Source: Chloroflexota bacterium (GTDB lineage: Bacteria; Chloroflexota; UBA11872; VXOZ01). From it: 64,000 nucleotides of DNA. The notes under the pieces are model-generated. The model was not told where the DNA came from. It did no database searches and was given only the letters and a program-made list of their open reading frames with translations. The DNA lies in the NCBI GenBank assembly GCA_963663275.1, contig OY760183.1, forward strand, positions 512,001 to 576,000, in the 5' to 3' direction. This document shows positions 38,854 to 48,147 of the stretch, piece by piece (within the stretch, counting starts at the first letter, position 1; each line of letters opens with the position of its first letter). The position numbers were made by a program, and so were the translations under genes.

Positions 38854-40419
38854 GTGAACGAGCAATCCGGCAATGGGCAGGGCGGCAGCGGCGGCAAGCA
38901 GAGCCAGCCAAACGTGCTCATCTTCATGGCCGACCAGATGCGCTGGGACCTGCTCAGTTGCGCGGGGCATCCGATTTGTCAGACTCCCGTGCTCGACGCC
39001 ATGGCGTCACGCGGCGTGCGCTTTGCGAATTTCTACAGCGCGGCGCCGATTTGCACCCCGGCGCGCTACTCGGTCTTCAACGGCCGCCACGTTCACGTCC
39101 ACGACGGCTGGTGGAACGGCCTCCCCACGCGGGACGGTGAGGTGTTCTTGCCGTCGATTATGCGGCACTACGGCTACGCCACCGCCATCGCGGGCAAACT
39201 GCACTTCGATCCCAAGGAAGACCCGTTCGGCTTCGACGACTTTCGCACCTTTCGCGCCGAAGGCCCCACGCCGGAACGCGGCTACGAAGCGTACATGAAG
39301 GAAAAGTACGGCGCGTTGAACCGCGACCGTATCGCGGAAGGCACCTGCCCCTGGCCGGACGACCCCCATGGCAGAGGCGTGGGACTGTTCGCCGACCCGC
39401 CGGAAGACATCGATACAAGCTGGATTACGCGGCAGACGCTGGAGGCGCTCGACCTGCTGGAGCAAAGCGGCAAGCCGTGGTTCCTCTTCTCCAGCTACCA
39501 CGATCCCCATTCGCCGTTCGTCGAGCCGGAGCCGTACTACTCGATGTACGACCGGGAAGCCATCCCCTTGCGCGAGATTCCGCCTGAAATCGGCAGGCTG
39601 CGCCGCAACGCCCGCGGCGGCCAGGAAGTGAATCACCTCATCGACGATCCGGTCATGCTGCGCGAAATCACGGCCATCTACTACGCGGCCACGACCCACG
39701 TGGACCACGACGTCGGCCTCGTCCTGGCCGAACTCGAGCGGCGCGGCCTGACGGACAACACCATCATCATGTTCATGTCCGATCACGGCGACATGATGGG
39801 CGATCACGGACGCATGTACAAACAGGTGATGTACGAGGGCGCGGCGCACGTGCCGTTGATTGTGCAGGTTCCCGCTGCCATACAGCCGGCGCTGACCCCC
39901 GGCCGCGTGGTGGATGAGATTACCGGGCATGTGGATATTGTGCCGACCGTGCTCGACCTCTGCGGTTTGCCGGTTCCGCCGGGCGTACAAGGCAAGAGTC
40001 TCGCGCCGTTGTGCGCCGGCAACAGCAGCGGTTGGCCCAATGAGGCCTTTTCCTGGATGCTCGGCGTGCCGCACACGCGCCAGGAAGCGTACATGCTCGG
40101 CACAAAGCGCATGATACGCACGCCGGAATATAAGCTGGTGGACTTTGGCGCGGACTTCCGCACGCAATGGCGCCTCTTCAACATGACCGACGACCCTGAA
40201 GAGACGCGCAACCTGGCCGACGATCCCGCGCACGCTGCCGTTCTGCGGGCATTGGCGGCCCGGCTCGACGAGTGGGAGGCCGAGATACCGCTGCTGATCC
40301 AAATCCCCGGCATGGCCGCGCCGAGCTATTCGTACCTGTCCGCGGAACGGCGGGCGGAATTTACGGCGGCGTGGGACGCCGGTTTGCGCCGTCAAGCCCG
40401 GTGGCGGTGGCCCCAATAA
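38854..40419 (+). CDS. Cys-type sulfatase, paralog 2
   Basis: GAGGAG RBS; the same motifs, colinear with paralog 1. Confidence 0.9.
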   Translation: MNEQSGNGQGGSGGKQSQPNVLIFMADQMRWDLLSCAGHPICQTPVLDAMASRGVRFANFYSAAPICTPARYSVFNGRHVHVHDGWWNGLPTRDGEVFLPSIMRHYGYATAIAGKLHFDPKEDPFGFDDFRTFRAEGPTPERGYEAYMKEKYGALNRDRIAEGTCPWPDDPHGRGVGLFADPPEDIDTSWITRQTLEALDLLEQSGKPWFLFSSYHDPHSPFVEPEPYYSMYDREAIPLREIPPEIGRLRRNARGGQEVNHLIDDPVMLREITAIYYAATTHVDHDVGLVLAELERRGLTDNTIIMFMSDHGDMMGDHGRMYKQVMYEGAAHVPLIVQVPAAIQPALTPGRVVDEITGHVDIVPTVLDLCGLPVPPGVQGKSLAPLCAGNSSGWPNEAFSWMLGVPHTRQEAYMLGTKRMIRTPEYKLVDFGADFRTQWRLFNMTDDPEETRNLADDPAHAAVLRALAARLDEWEAEIPLLIQIPGMAAPSYSYLSAERRAEFTAAWDAGLRRQARWRWPQ

Positions 40420-40435
40420 TCGAAAAGGAGAACAC

Positions 40436-41485
40436 ATGCGCGCGCTGTATCGGAACAATCGCGGAGAAACCTACCTGAAAGAGACGCCGGAACCCACGCT
40501 GGGCGAGTCCGGCGTGTTGATCGAGACAGTGGTCTCGGTGTTGGGCACCGGGTCTGAGGTCGGCGGCGTGGCGAGCGCGCGCCGGGCCGTCCAAGCGGGC
40601 AACGAGCCCGGCGCGCTGCAAGAGGGCCCCATGAGCTACCAATCGGCGGGCCGCATAGTCCAAGTTACGCCCGATCTCCAGTCCCATTACGCGCCGGGCG
40701 ACCGGGTGGTGGCCGTCGGCGGCGGCTTTGCGCCCCATGCCGAGCGGGCGTTTGTGATCCGGCACAACTTTGCCAAGATTCCCGACAACCTGGATACCGC
40801 CGAGGCCGCCACGGCCAACATCGGCCTTACCGCCTTGCACGCCCTGCGCCGCGCCCAATTCCAGCCGGGCGAGACCGCCGCCATAATCGGCTTGGGGCTG
40901 GTGGGCCAGATGATTGTCCAGGTGGTACGCATGATGGGCGGCCGCGCCATCGGCATCGACCTTATCCCCTTTCGCCTGCAAAAGGCGGAGGAGTTGGGCA
41001 TCGACCTGGCGCTGTCAGGTGATGCGGATGCTCTAGCCGCGGCGGTGGCGGACGATACGTGCGGCCTGGGCGTGGACGCCGCGTTCGTGGCGGCCGGCGG
41101 CGGGCCAACGCCGGGACGCCTCGGCGTGCGCCTGGTGCGGCCCAGCGGGCGCGTGATGATGATCGGCGGCCTGGTGCCGGACTTCACCGTCGGCCACCCG
41201 GACGCCAACCCCCACACCAAAGAAATCGACATCCGCTGGGTGTTCGGACGCGGCCCCGGCAGCCGCGACCAGGACTACCTGCGCGCCCGTACCGACTACC
41301 CCAACCGCTTCGTCCAGTGGGACCAGGAGCGCAATCTCTACGCGCTGCTCCACATGCAGGCCGCCGGCCAGGTGAACGTGGGCCCGCTGCTCACCCACCG
41401 CTTCCCGTTCGCCGACGCGCCCCAGGCCGTAGACCTCCTGATCGACCGTCCCGACGAGGCGCTGGCGGTGGCGCTGGATTATTGA
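40436..41485 (+). CDS. Medium-chain dehydrogenase/reductase (Zn-ligand-poor type)
   Basis: AAGGAG RBS; PGDRVV, GLGLVG and LLTHRFP. Confidence 0.85.
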   Translation: MRALYRNNRGETYLKETPEPTLGESGVLIETVVSVLGTGSEVGGVASARRAVQAGNEPGALQEGPMSYQSAGRIVQVTPDLQSHYAPGDRVVAVGGGFAPHAERAFVIRHNFAKIPDNLDTAEAATANIGLTALHALRRAQFQPGETAAIIGLGLVGQMIVQVVRMMGGRAIGIDLIPFRLQKAEELGIDLALSGDADALAAAVADDTCGLGVDAAFVAAGGGPTPGRLGVRLVRPSGRVMMIGGLVPDFTVGHPDANPHTKEIDIRWVFGRGPGSRDQDYLRARTDYPNRFVQWDQERNLYALLHMQAAGQVNVGPLLTHRFPFADAPQAVDLLIDRPDEALAVALDY

Positions 41486-41920
41486 GACCGCGCCTCGCCG
41501 CTGCCGACATGTCTCCTCCATGCATGTTTCCGTCATGCGCAGCCGCGCCGCGCCCATCGAGAAACCATTTCACACGGCGCCACGTCCACGGGGCAATGCT
41601 ATCGCATTGACTTCTAATCTGAGCAGGCACGGCGCATCCGCGCCCTCAATCCGTCCGACCTCTCGCTCAAAAGGTGTAGGGGCACGACATGTCGTGCCCC
41701 TACACCGCGCGGCAGACCGGGTCGCGCCCCTGCACCACGGGCGCGACGTGTCACGCCGCGTGGTAAGCCGTCTCGCGCCCCCTACACCGCGTAGCAAGCC
41801 GTGTGGAGGCATCTTACTTGCAACTCTCCGCCTCAAATGCCACAGCATTGGAGCCACGAGGCCGCGACAACACTGGGTCCACGGGGTGGCGGCAACATTA
41901 GGTCCACCGGACGGCGCCTG

Positions 41921-44131
41921 CTACTCCCCCGTGGATTCTACCTGCTCGAAGACTGCCGCAAGTTCCGCCGGGGACGCGGCGCGCGCCGCCTCGCCCGTGC
42001 CGTCGTAGACCCTGGCCGCGGGCGTGTCCGTCGCCGCGATGCCGAGCGCATCCAGCAGGTCCGGGTCGCGGGCCGGATCGAGCCATTGCACGATTTGCGC
42101 CGGCGTATGAACGCGCAGCGCCTGCCGGAACAGCGCCTGGGCCGCCGGCGCGGCGCGGTCGCCAATCACCACGATGCGCGTGGGCGGCCGCAAGAGCCGC
42201 TCGACCGCCTGGCCGTAGAGCGCGCCAAAGTGCCCAAAATACTGGAACGACTCCGCGTAGTTTGCCAGCGCGGTCTGCGCAACCGCGCGGTAACGCCCGT
42301 AGTTGGTGAGACGCCACAAGCGGATGAAGAGTTCGGCCGCCGCCGCCGTATCCGCCATCACCTCCTGGCGGTGCGCCAGCAAGCCCAGCGGGGGCTCGGA
42401 CTCTGCTTCATCCACAGCCGCGTGGACAGGCGCGCTATCCCAGAAGCCGCCGGCGGCCGGATCGTAATGCGCCCGCAGCACGTGTCCGGCAACGGCCCGC
42501 GCCCGGTCCAGGTACGCGCGCACGCCGGTGGTCTCGTAGGCGTGGGCAAAGGCGCGGGCGGCGGCAATCTGGTCCGGCAGCCAGCCCCAGCCGTTAGCAG
42601 ACCCCGTCGTAGACGCCGACCCTGTCGTAGACACCGACCCTGCCACAGCCGCCGTCCCCGTCGCGCACGCAGGCTCCGTCGTAGACGCAGGCTCCGTCGT
42701 AGACGCGGACGCCGACTCCGCCGCAGGCGCAGTTTTCGTCACAGACTCCGCTTGTCCCGCGGTCGCGGGCGCGTTTCCCCGCCAATTGCGGGCGACGCCG
42801 CGCTTGGCGTCCCACATCGCGTCCCACAGGTGGCGCAGGATCGCCTCCGCGCGGTCGCGGTACGCCGCCTGCCCGGTCGTGCGGTAGGCGTCCAGGAAGG
42901 CCCGCGCCGCCATGGCGTTCTCCCTGGCGTGGACTATCGGGTCAACGCAGGTCTCGCCAAACGTCCGCCGTTCGGCTGCGGACAGGCCGTAGTACGCATC
43001 CGGCGCATAGAACCCGCCGTAGAACGCGCCGCCGGTTCCCGGCGCCGGCAGCCGCGCGCACAGATAGCGCAGCACGCGCGCGCCGACCTCCGTGAACGCC
43101 TCCTCGCGAAAGACGTGCGCCGCCTCCATGTAGAGCGAGGCCAGCGCGGCGTTCTCCTCCAGCGTGACCTCGCGCTCCGGCTCCTCCCACTGGGCGTCGT
43201 TGGCAAAGCGGAAGAAAGCGCCGATCTTGTTATGCCCGATGCCTGCCTCACCGTCACCGGCCGCGCCGCCGCCAACTCCCTCGCCGCGCACACCGTCTTC
43301 GTCACCGGCGACGTATTCGCCGCGGTCGCCGTCTTCACCAAATGCGCCGCTTTCATCACCGGCGGCGACTTCGTCGCAGACGACATCTTCGTCGCAGACG
43401 ACGTCCTCCCGCTCGAAGAGGTTGCTCAACGCCATGATGTCCAGCGAGTGCTTGACCAGCGCGGCCAGATCGTAGTCCAGCGTATGCTGGCACCATTCCA
43501 GCGCGAAGCCCAGCGCCTCCGTGTGGGTAAACTTAGGCGCGGCCGCGCCGGCGCCGTCGCCCAGGCCGCCGTTCACCCGGTCGAACGCCGCCGTGATGAA
43601 AGAAATCGTCGCCGCCGGAATCGCGGGCGCCAGAATCCCGTCCGCGGCCTTCTCCGCCGCCTCCGCCGCGCGCCGCTTCTCCTCCAGCGCGCCCAGTTTC
43701 GCGCGGATGGTCTCGCGGTTCCGGCGGTATTCACCCGCCAGTTCCACCAGAAAGTCGCGCATCTCCTGCACCGGCACGTAAGTCGCGCCCGCCATCAGTT
43801 CGCCTTCCGGCGTCAGGAAGGCCGTGGTGGGCAGGCCGCCGCGATTGTAGCGCCGGTCTATGTCGGGCCGCTCGGCGGCGTCCACCCGCAGCGCCACGTA
43901 CTCCGTCTTGATGAGGTATTGCACCGTATCATCCGAATAAGCGCGCTCGTCCATCAGGTGCGACCACCGGCTCCAGGCCGCGCCAATGCAGAGCAGGATC
44001 GGCCGGTTGCGCGCCCGCGCCTCGGCGAACGCCGCCGCCGACCACGCCCGCCACGGAATGCGCCGCGCGCTGTGCCGCCCCGGCGAAAAGCGGAAAGTCT
44101 CATGTTGCGCTGTCTGGGGAACCGTATCCAT
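41921..44131 (-). CDS. YyaL/SSP411 (DUF255) thioredoxin-like plus alpha/alpha barrel protein
   Basis: IPWRAWSAAAFAEARARNRPILL, VDAAERPDIDRRY, GGLPTTAFLTPEG, APKF and ENA; two low-complexity inserts. Confidence 0.85.
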   Translation of the reverse strand: MDTVPQTAQHETFRFSPGRHSARRIPWRAWSAAAFAEARARNRPILLCIGAAWSRWSHLMDERAYSDDTVQYLIKTEYVALRVDAAERPDIDRRYNRGGLPTTAFLTPEGELMAGATYVPVQEMRDFLVELAGEYRRNRETIRAKLGALEEKRRAAEAAEKAADGILAPAIPAATISFITAAFDRVNGGLGDGAGAAAPKFTHTEALGFALEWCQHTLDYDLAALVKHSLDIMALSNLFEREDVVCDEDVVCDEVAAGDESGAFGEDGDRGEYVAGDEDGVRGEGVGGGAAGDGEAGIGHNKIGAFFRFANDAQWEEPEREVTLEENAALASLYMEAAHVFREEAFTEVGARVLRYLCARLPAPGTGGAFYGGFYAPDAYYGLSAAERRTFGETCVDPIVHARENAMAARAFLDAYRTTGQAAYRDRAEAILRHLWDAMWDAKRGVARNWRGNAPATAGQAESVTKTAPAAESASASTTEPASTTEPACATGTAAVAGSVSTTGSASTTGSANGWGWLPDQIAAARAFAHAYETTGVRAYLDRARAVAGHVLRAHYDPAAGGFWDSAPVHAAVDEAESEPPLGLLAHRQEVMADTAAAAELFIRLWRLTNYGRYRAVAQTALANYAESFQYFGHFGALYGQAVERLLRPPTRIVVIGDRAAPAAQALFRQALRVHTPAQIVQWLDPARDPDLLDALGIAATDTPAARVYDGTGEAARAASPAELAAVFEQVESTGE
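42600..42750 (+). repeat. In-frame 18-bp tandem array inside the YyaL gene
   Basis: About 8 units such as GACCCCGTCGTAGACGCC and GGCTCCGTCGTAGACGCA, encoding STTGSA/STTEPA. Confidence 0.85.
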
Positions 44132-44320
44132 CGCTCGCTCACACGGTGTGCGCCTCTATCCACGCTCCCATTATACCGAGAGAGCGTAGACTCCCGTTCG
44201 GCCCGATCGCGCCGCGCCGGGACGGGCGCCCGCCCCGTTGCCGGAGCCGCCGTATCGACGTGCCACGGCGGCTCCGCAAGGCCCTGCGCGCCCGCTCCCG
44301 CCGCCGGCAGGCCGTTGCAG

Positions 44321-44350
44321 TTGACAAAGCTAACGCAGTGGTCTAAGAAT
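44321..44350 (+). promoter_or_regulatory. Putative sigma70 promoter of the solute-binding protein gene
   Basis: TTGACA then 17-18 nt then (T)AAGAAT. Confidence 0.5.
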
Positions 44351-44539
44351 AGGGTAGCGTAGCAGCCTGACCGTGGTGCGGCGAGTGGATTCAGATTCGG
44401 TTGCAAATCCGCCGCTTGCAGAGGAGGTGCGAAACACGGGGGATACGGGCCTACCCAAGCCAAGCCGCGTTTCTGAAATCAGTACAGGAAACGCGCAGTG
44501 TGCGTAACCGTAATGGCATTGCGAAGGAGAAAGCTACCA

Positions 44540-45928
44540 ATGCGATCCCGTTTTACAAGACGAACGATCCTCGGCGGCATGGGCGTCGGGATTGGCGCCG
44601 CGTTTGCGGCGGCCTGCGGCGCGGGCGCGGGCATGGCCCCGGCCGGCGACACCCCGGCGGAATCCGACGGCGACGGCGAAGCCGCGGAGCCCAGCATGGA
44701 AAAGCAGAAGGTGCTCTACTGGTCCCACTCCACCCAGCCCTTCCATGAAGACATCGGCGCCGAGATGGTCACCGAGTTCAACGAGTCGCAGGACCAGGTC
44801 GAAGTCTTTGCCGTCGGCACCGCCTACGGCGATACCAAGAACAAGCTCCCCACCGTGGTCGCGGCGGGCAGCGCGCCTGACATCTCATTCCTCGACCGCT
44901 ACATCACCAAGAGCCATGCCGCCGTGGGCGCTACCATGGACATTACGCCCATGGTCAAGGCCTCCAGCGTGATGCAGCCGGACGACGTCTGGGACCGCAT
45001 CCTGAACGACGTGACCTACAAAGGCCGCCACTTTGGCTGGCCGTGGGGCCCGGACACCCGCACGCTCTTCCTGAACCACGACGTGCTGATCGAGGTCGGC
45101 ATCGATCCGGAAGAACCGATCGGGAACTGGGAAGACTTTCACAACGCGGCGAGCAAGATTCACACGCTGGAAGGCGAGAACATCACCCGCCTGGGCTTCG
45201 TGCCCAACTGGGGCAGCGCCGGTATCATTGCCGGCTGGATGATCCCCTACTGGCAGCAAGGCATGACGCTCACCAGCGCCGACGAGACCAAGGCCACCAT
45301 GGACAACGCCGAGATGGTAGCGGCGTTGGAGCACAGCACCCGCTTCTACGACGCGCAGGGCGGCTGGGACGCGGTGCAGGCCTTCCGCGGCGATCTGTCG
45401 CCCGCGCTCGTGTTTACCGGCGGCGGCGTCGGCATGTTCTTCGATACCTACAGCACGCCTCGCAACACGGCGTTTGCCGAAGAATACGCCAAGATCGACT
45501 ACAGCGTCGTCTTCGAGCCGTATCCTGACGACGGCCAGCCCGCAACCTACGGCGGCGGCTGGTCCAACGTCATTCCCACCGGCGCCAAGTCGGCTGAGGG
45601 CGCGTTCAAGTTCCTGGAGTTCCTCTTCATGGAGCCGCAGGACCGCCGCTGGGCCGATCGCTGGAACCGCATTCCGGTGCGCAAGACCGTCGGCCGCAGC
45701 GAAGAGTTCATCCAGGGCGACCCCGACCGCGCACACGCCATCGACGAGATGCCCGGCGCGCACTGGGTGGTCACCGCCGCCGGCGGCCCCGACATCCTCG
45801 GCGCTCACATCCAGCTCAGCCGGGACGCCTGGCAGCACCTGAAGACCATCCCCGAAGCCATCAAAGAGGCCGAAGCCAAGACCCAGCAACTGCTGGACGA
45901 GTGGGAAGCCAACTCCGTCGTACAGTAG
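44540..45928 (+). CDS. ABC sugar-type extracellular solute-binding Tat lipoprotein
   Basis: AAGGAG RBS; TRRTIL..AAAC signal; AAGSAPDI, LFLNHD, GGWSNVIP and AFKFLEFL. No permeases adjacent. Confidence 0.88.
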   Translation: MRSRFTRRTILGGMGVGIGAAFAAACGAGAGMAPAGDTPAESDGDGEAAEPSMEKQKVLYWSHSTQPFHEDIGAEMVTEFNESQDQVEVFAVGTAYGDTKNKLPTVVAAGSAPDISFLDRYITKSHAAVGATMDITPMVKASSVMQPDDVWDRILNDVTYKGRHFGWPWGPDTRTLFLNHDVLIEVGIDPEEPIGNWEDFHNAASKIHTLEGENITRLGFVPNWGSAGIIAGWMIPYWQQGMTLTSADETKATMDNAEMVAALEHSTRFYDAQGGWDAVQAFRGDLSPALVFTGGGVGMFFDTYSTPRNTAFAEEYAKIDYSVVFEPYPDDGQPATYGGGWSNVIPTGAKSAEGAFKFLEFLFMEPQDRRWADRWNRIPVRKTVGRSEEFIQGDPDRAHAIDEMPGAHWVVTAAGGPDILGAHIQLSRDAWQHLKTIPEAIKEAEAKTQQLLDEWEANSVVQ

Positions 45929-45965
45929 AACTGGATCTCAAACAGACGCTATCGGGTCTGGAGAA

Positions 45966-46009
45966 CAACAGGTCTGGAACGACATCGTTCCAGACCTGTT
46001 GGATTTTTT
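45966..46009 (+). terminator. Intrinsic terminator
   Basis: Long perfect stem CAACAGGTCTGGAACGA / TCGTTCCAGACCTGTTG followed by GATTTTTT. Confidence 0.8.
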
Positions 46010-46027
46010 CTAAGGAACGCGACCGGC

Positions 46028-46303
46028 ATGAAAACTCAAAACCCACGTGTATTCTCCGATCTGCCGATTCCTCCCGGCGAAGTGCTGGCGGAGGAGATCG
46101 CAGCCCGCGGCATGACCCGGAAGGAACTCGCCGCAAGGCTCGGCAAACCGGCACAGGCGGTAATCGAGATCATCGAGGGTAAGCAAGCAATTACACCGGA
46201 CACCGCAGTCAGCCTAGAGAGAGCGCTTGGCATAAGCGCGCACTTTTGGAGCACCCTCGAAGCCGACTATCACATGGCGCTGAGCCGGAACCAAGAGTGG
46301 TAA
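46028..46303 (+). CDS. HigA-family XRE HTH antitoxin (orphan)
   Basis: PPGEVLAEEI..GMTRKELAARLG..IIEGKQAITPDTAVSLERALGISAHFW. Confidence 0.88.
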   Translation: MKTQNPRVFSDLPIPPGEVLAEEIAARGMTRKELAARLGKPAQAVIEIIEGKQAITPDTAVSLERALGISAHFWSTLEADYHMALSRNQEW

Positions 46304-46390
46304 ACAATCGCGGCTAACGACGCACAAGAAGCGCTATGTGTGGGTAACGAACACCGCTACCTGACGCAAAGAATACGCTTCAGTGCTTAT

Positions 46391-46906
46391 CTATTCACGT
46401 TCACCCGGCCGCAATCCCATTGGCAACCCGCCGCGAGCCTGCGGCCAGTAGGGTTCAGCAAGCGCAACGTTTTCGATTGAGCCTGGCCCCAGAGCCGCCG
46501 CCAGCGCCTTGTCCCAATAGAGAAACACGTCGCACTCCCACCAGATTGCCGTCGCCAGGTGAATTGCGTCCAGCGGCGTGATACCGTACGTTGCGCCTAG
46601 GGTTTGCGCCTTTTCGCCAATCTCGCGGTTGACCTCGATGAGTTGTATATACTCGTGGGCAAAGAGATTGCGTACCGCCTCGAGTTCGTTCTCGTCCAGT
46701 TCTTCACTCTTCACCTTGATCCGCCGCACCTCGGCAAGTGTGACCGTGGACGTGAACACCTTGTATATTCCCGCTTCCGCGTCTTTGAGAATGCCGTAGG
46801 CCGCTTCCCACCGCTGTAGCCCGCCGCCGCAATCGATTTCTTCCTTCTTGATGTGCGCAAAGAAGACTGATGAGTCCAGGTATGGCCTGCGAAACGACTC
46901 AGCCAT
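46391..46906 (-). CDS. PIN-domain (VapC-like) ribonuclease
   Basis: YLDSSVF, STVTLAEV, DAIHLATA and YWD acidic residues; start overlaps the upstream stop (ATGGCTGA). Confidence 0.88.
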   Translation of the reverse strand: MAESFRRPYLDSSVFFAHIKKEEIDCGGGLQRWEAAYGILKDAEAGIYKVFTSTVTLAEVRRIKVKSEELDENELEAVRNLFAHEYIQLIEVNREIGEKAQTLGATYGITPLDAIHLATAIWWECDVFLYWDKALAAALGPGSIENVALAEPYWPQARGGLPMGLRPGERE

Positions 46907-47699
46907 CTCGCAGGCTCCGAATATACCCTTCCGTGCTGCGGCCGCCCGTAAAGTCGGGCGCAATGCCCAGAGTCGCTTCAAGAGGCGGCAATTCGGCTTC
47001 GTCCGCCAGAGTGCGGTAGCGTTCTACGTCTACGCTCAGCGCCTCTCCACGCGCGGTGTAGGAAATCTCACCGGAAACACGTACCCGACGCCTGTGTTTC
47101 AGGTCTTCGATCACTCTCTCCTCTAATTCCGGCGGCAGCGCGCACGTGATTGCCCGGTTGGTAACCGCATGATATACGTTGAAACGGCGGCTTCCTTCAT
47201 GGAGGGAAACCATTTCAACTCTGCCCTCCACAGAGCCAATCGTCTTGTGATGCACGCCGGTAAGACTTTGGAGAGTCGCATTGGATTTCCGGGATAGCGT
47301 CGCCTCTCTATTCTGGTCGGGCATGCTCACGCTGAGAGCATCCACGCCGTTCCGCCCAAACGCGCGCGCCATCGCCTGCAGATCCTGCAGCGCGTCCAGG
47401 TCGTAGCACGGTGGGGTTGCGCCCTGGGTTTCGATGCAACGTATCCCTTCAACGTATAGTTCCCCAACCTGAACGCCATAATCCTCCTCACCCCGCATCA
47501 CCCGATTGCGCAACTCGATTGTCCTGCTGGCGCCTTCCTTGATCCCGGCTACCACCCACTGCATCGTGCCGGTCTGTTCGCCGGACACCGCGCAATCAAG
47601 ACGGCACAAAATCGAATGAGACCTTTCCAGCATCAGGACAAGCGAATCGAGGGCAATGTTGCCAAGCTCACCCTCTACCGTGAGATGCAGTCTTGCCAC
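46899..47699 (-). CDS. Hypothetical protein coupled to the PIN gene (possible OB-fold plus antitoxin-like tail)
   Basis: GGAGGAG RBS; GSVEGRVEMVS..RRVRVSGEISY beta-rich half; tail LGIAPDFTGGRSTEGYIRSLR. Confidence 0.7.
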   Translation of the reverse strand: MARLHLTVEGELGNIALDSLVLMLERSHSILCRLDCAVSGEQTGTMQWVVAGIKEGASRTIELRNRVMRGEEDYGVQVGELYVEGIRCIETQGATPPCYDLDALQDLQAMARAFGRNGVDALSVSMPDQNREATLSRKSNATLQSLTGVHHKTIGSVEGRVEMVSLHEGSRRFNVYHAVTNRAITCALPPELEERVIEDLKHRRRVRVSGEISYTARGEALSVDVERYRTLADEAELPPLEATLGIAPDFTGGRSTEGYIRSLRDG

Positions 47700-47905
47700 G
47701 TCGCTCCTCCCAGGAGGCTCAGGTCCGCCTTAAGTCAGTATTCGCCTAGAGAGTACCCTACGCCTGCCCACACTTCCATTGTTCTATTATCTCACGCTTT
47801 GCAACTTGAAAGCCGCTATAGCAACCGCAAGAGTGAACGTTCGCCCAAGCGCCGTGTCCGCCTCGCTTCATTGCAGGTTTGGGGAGCAATCGAGACGCTA
47901 CGATT

Positions 47906-48141
47906 TCACGGCTTGGCTCCTGCAAGCAATCTTGTCACCAGTTCCTCGACCTCCTAGGCAATGCCGTCGTCGTGGAGCGCGGTGCGGATGTGCTTGCGGA
48001 CGGTGACGAAGTACGTAGCTTCTTTGAGGGGGACGGATGCAGCGACACTAGGTCATAGACAAGCGACCGCACCTTCTCGTGCCCGGGGCGGCTGAGAAGT
48101 TCGACGGCGATCTCTTGCTGGCGATCACTATCTAATGGCAT
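47906..48141 (-). pseudogene. Internally deleted remnant of a large N6-methyltransferase/restriction (Type IIL-like) gene
   Basis: N-terminal RPGHEKVRSLVYDL joined out of frame to C-terminal VAASVPL..FVTVRKHIRTALHDDGIA*EVEELV; internal TAG at 47954-47956. Family recognised from memory. Confidence 0.55.
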
Positions 48142-48147
48142 TTGAGG

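Noticed and set aside
41801-44362. 853-aa + strand ORF and similar long ORFs (e.g. 22731-24713, 12987-14576, 1215-2789)
   Set aside because: Antisense or alternative-frame shadows of real high-GC genes; Arg/Ala-rich with no motifs.
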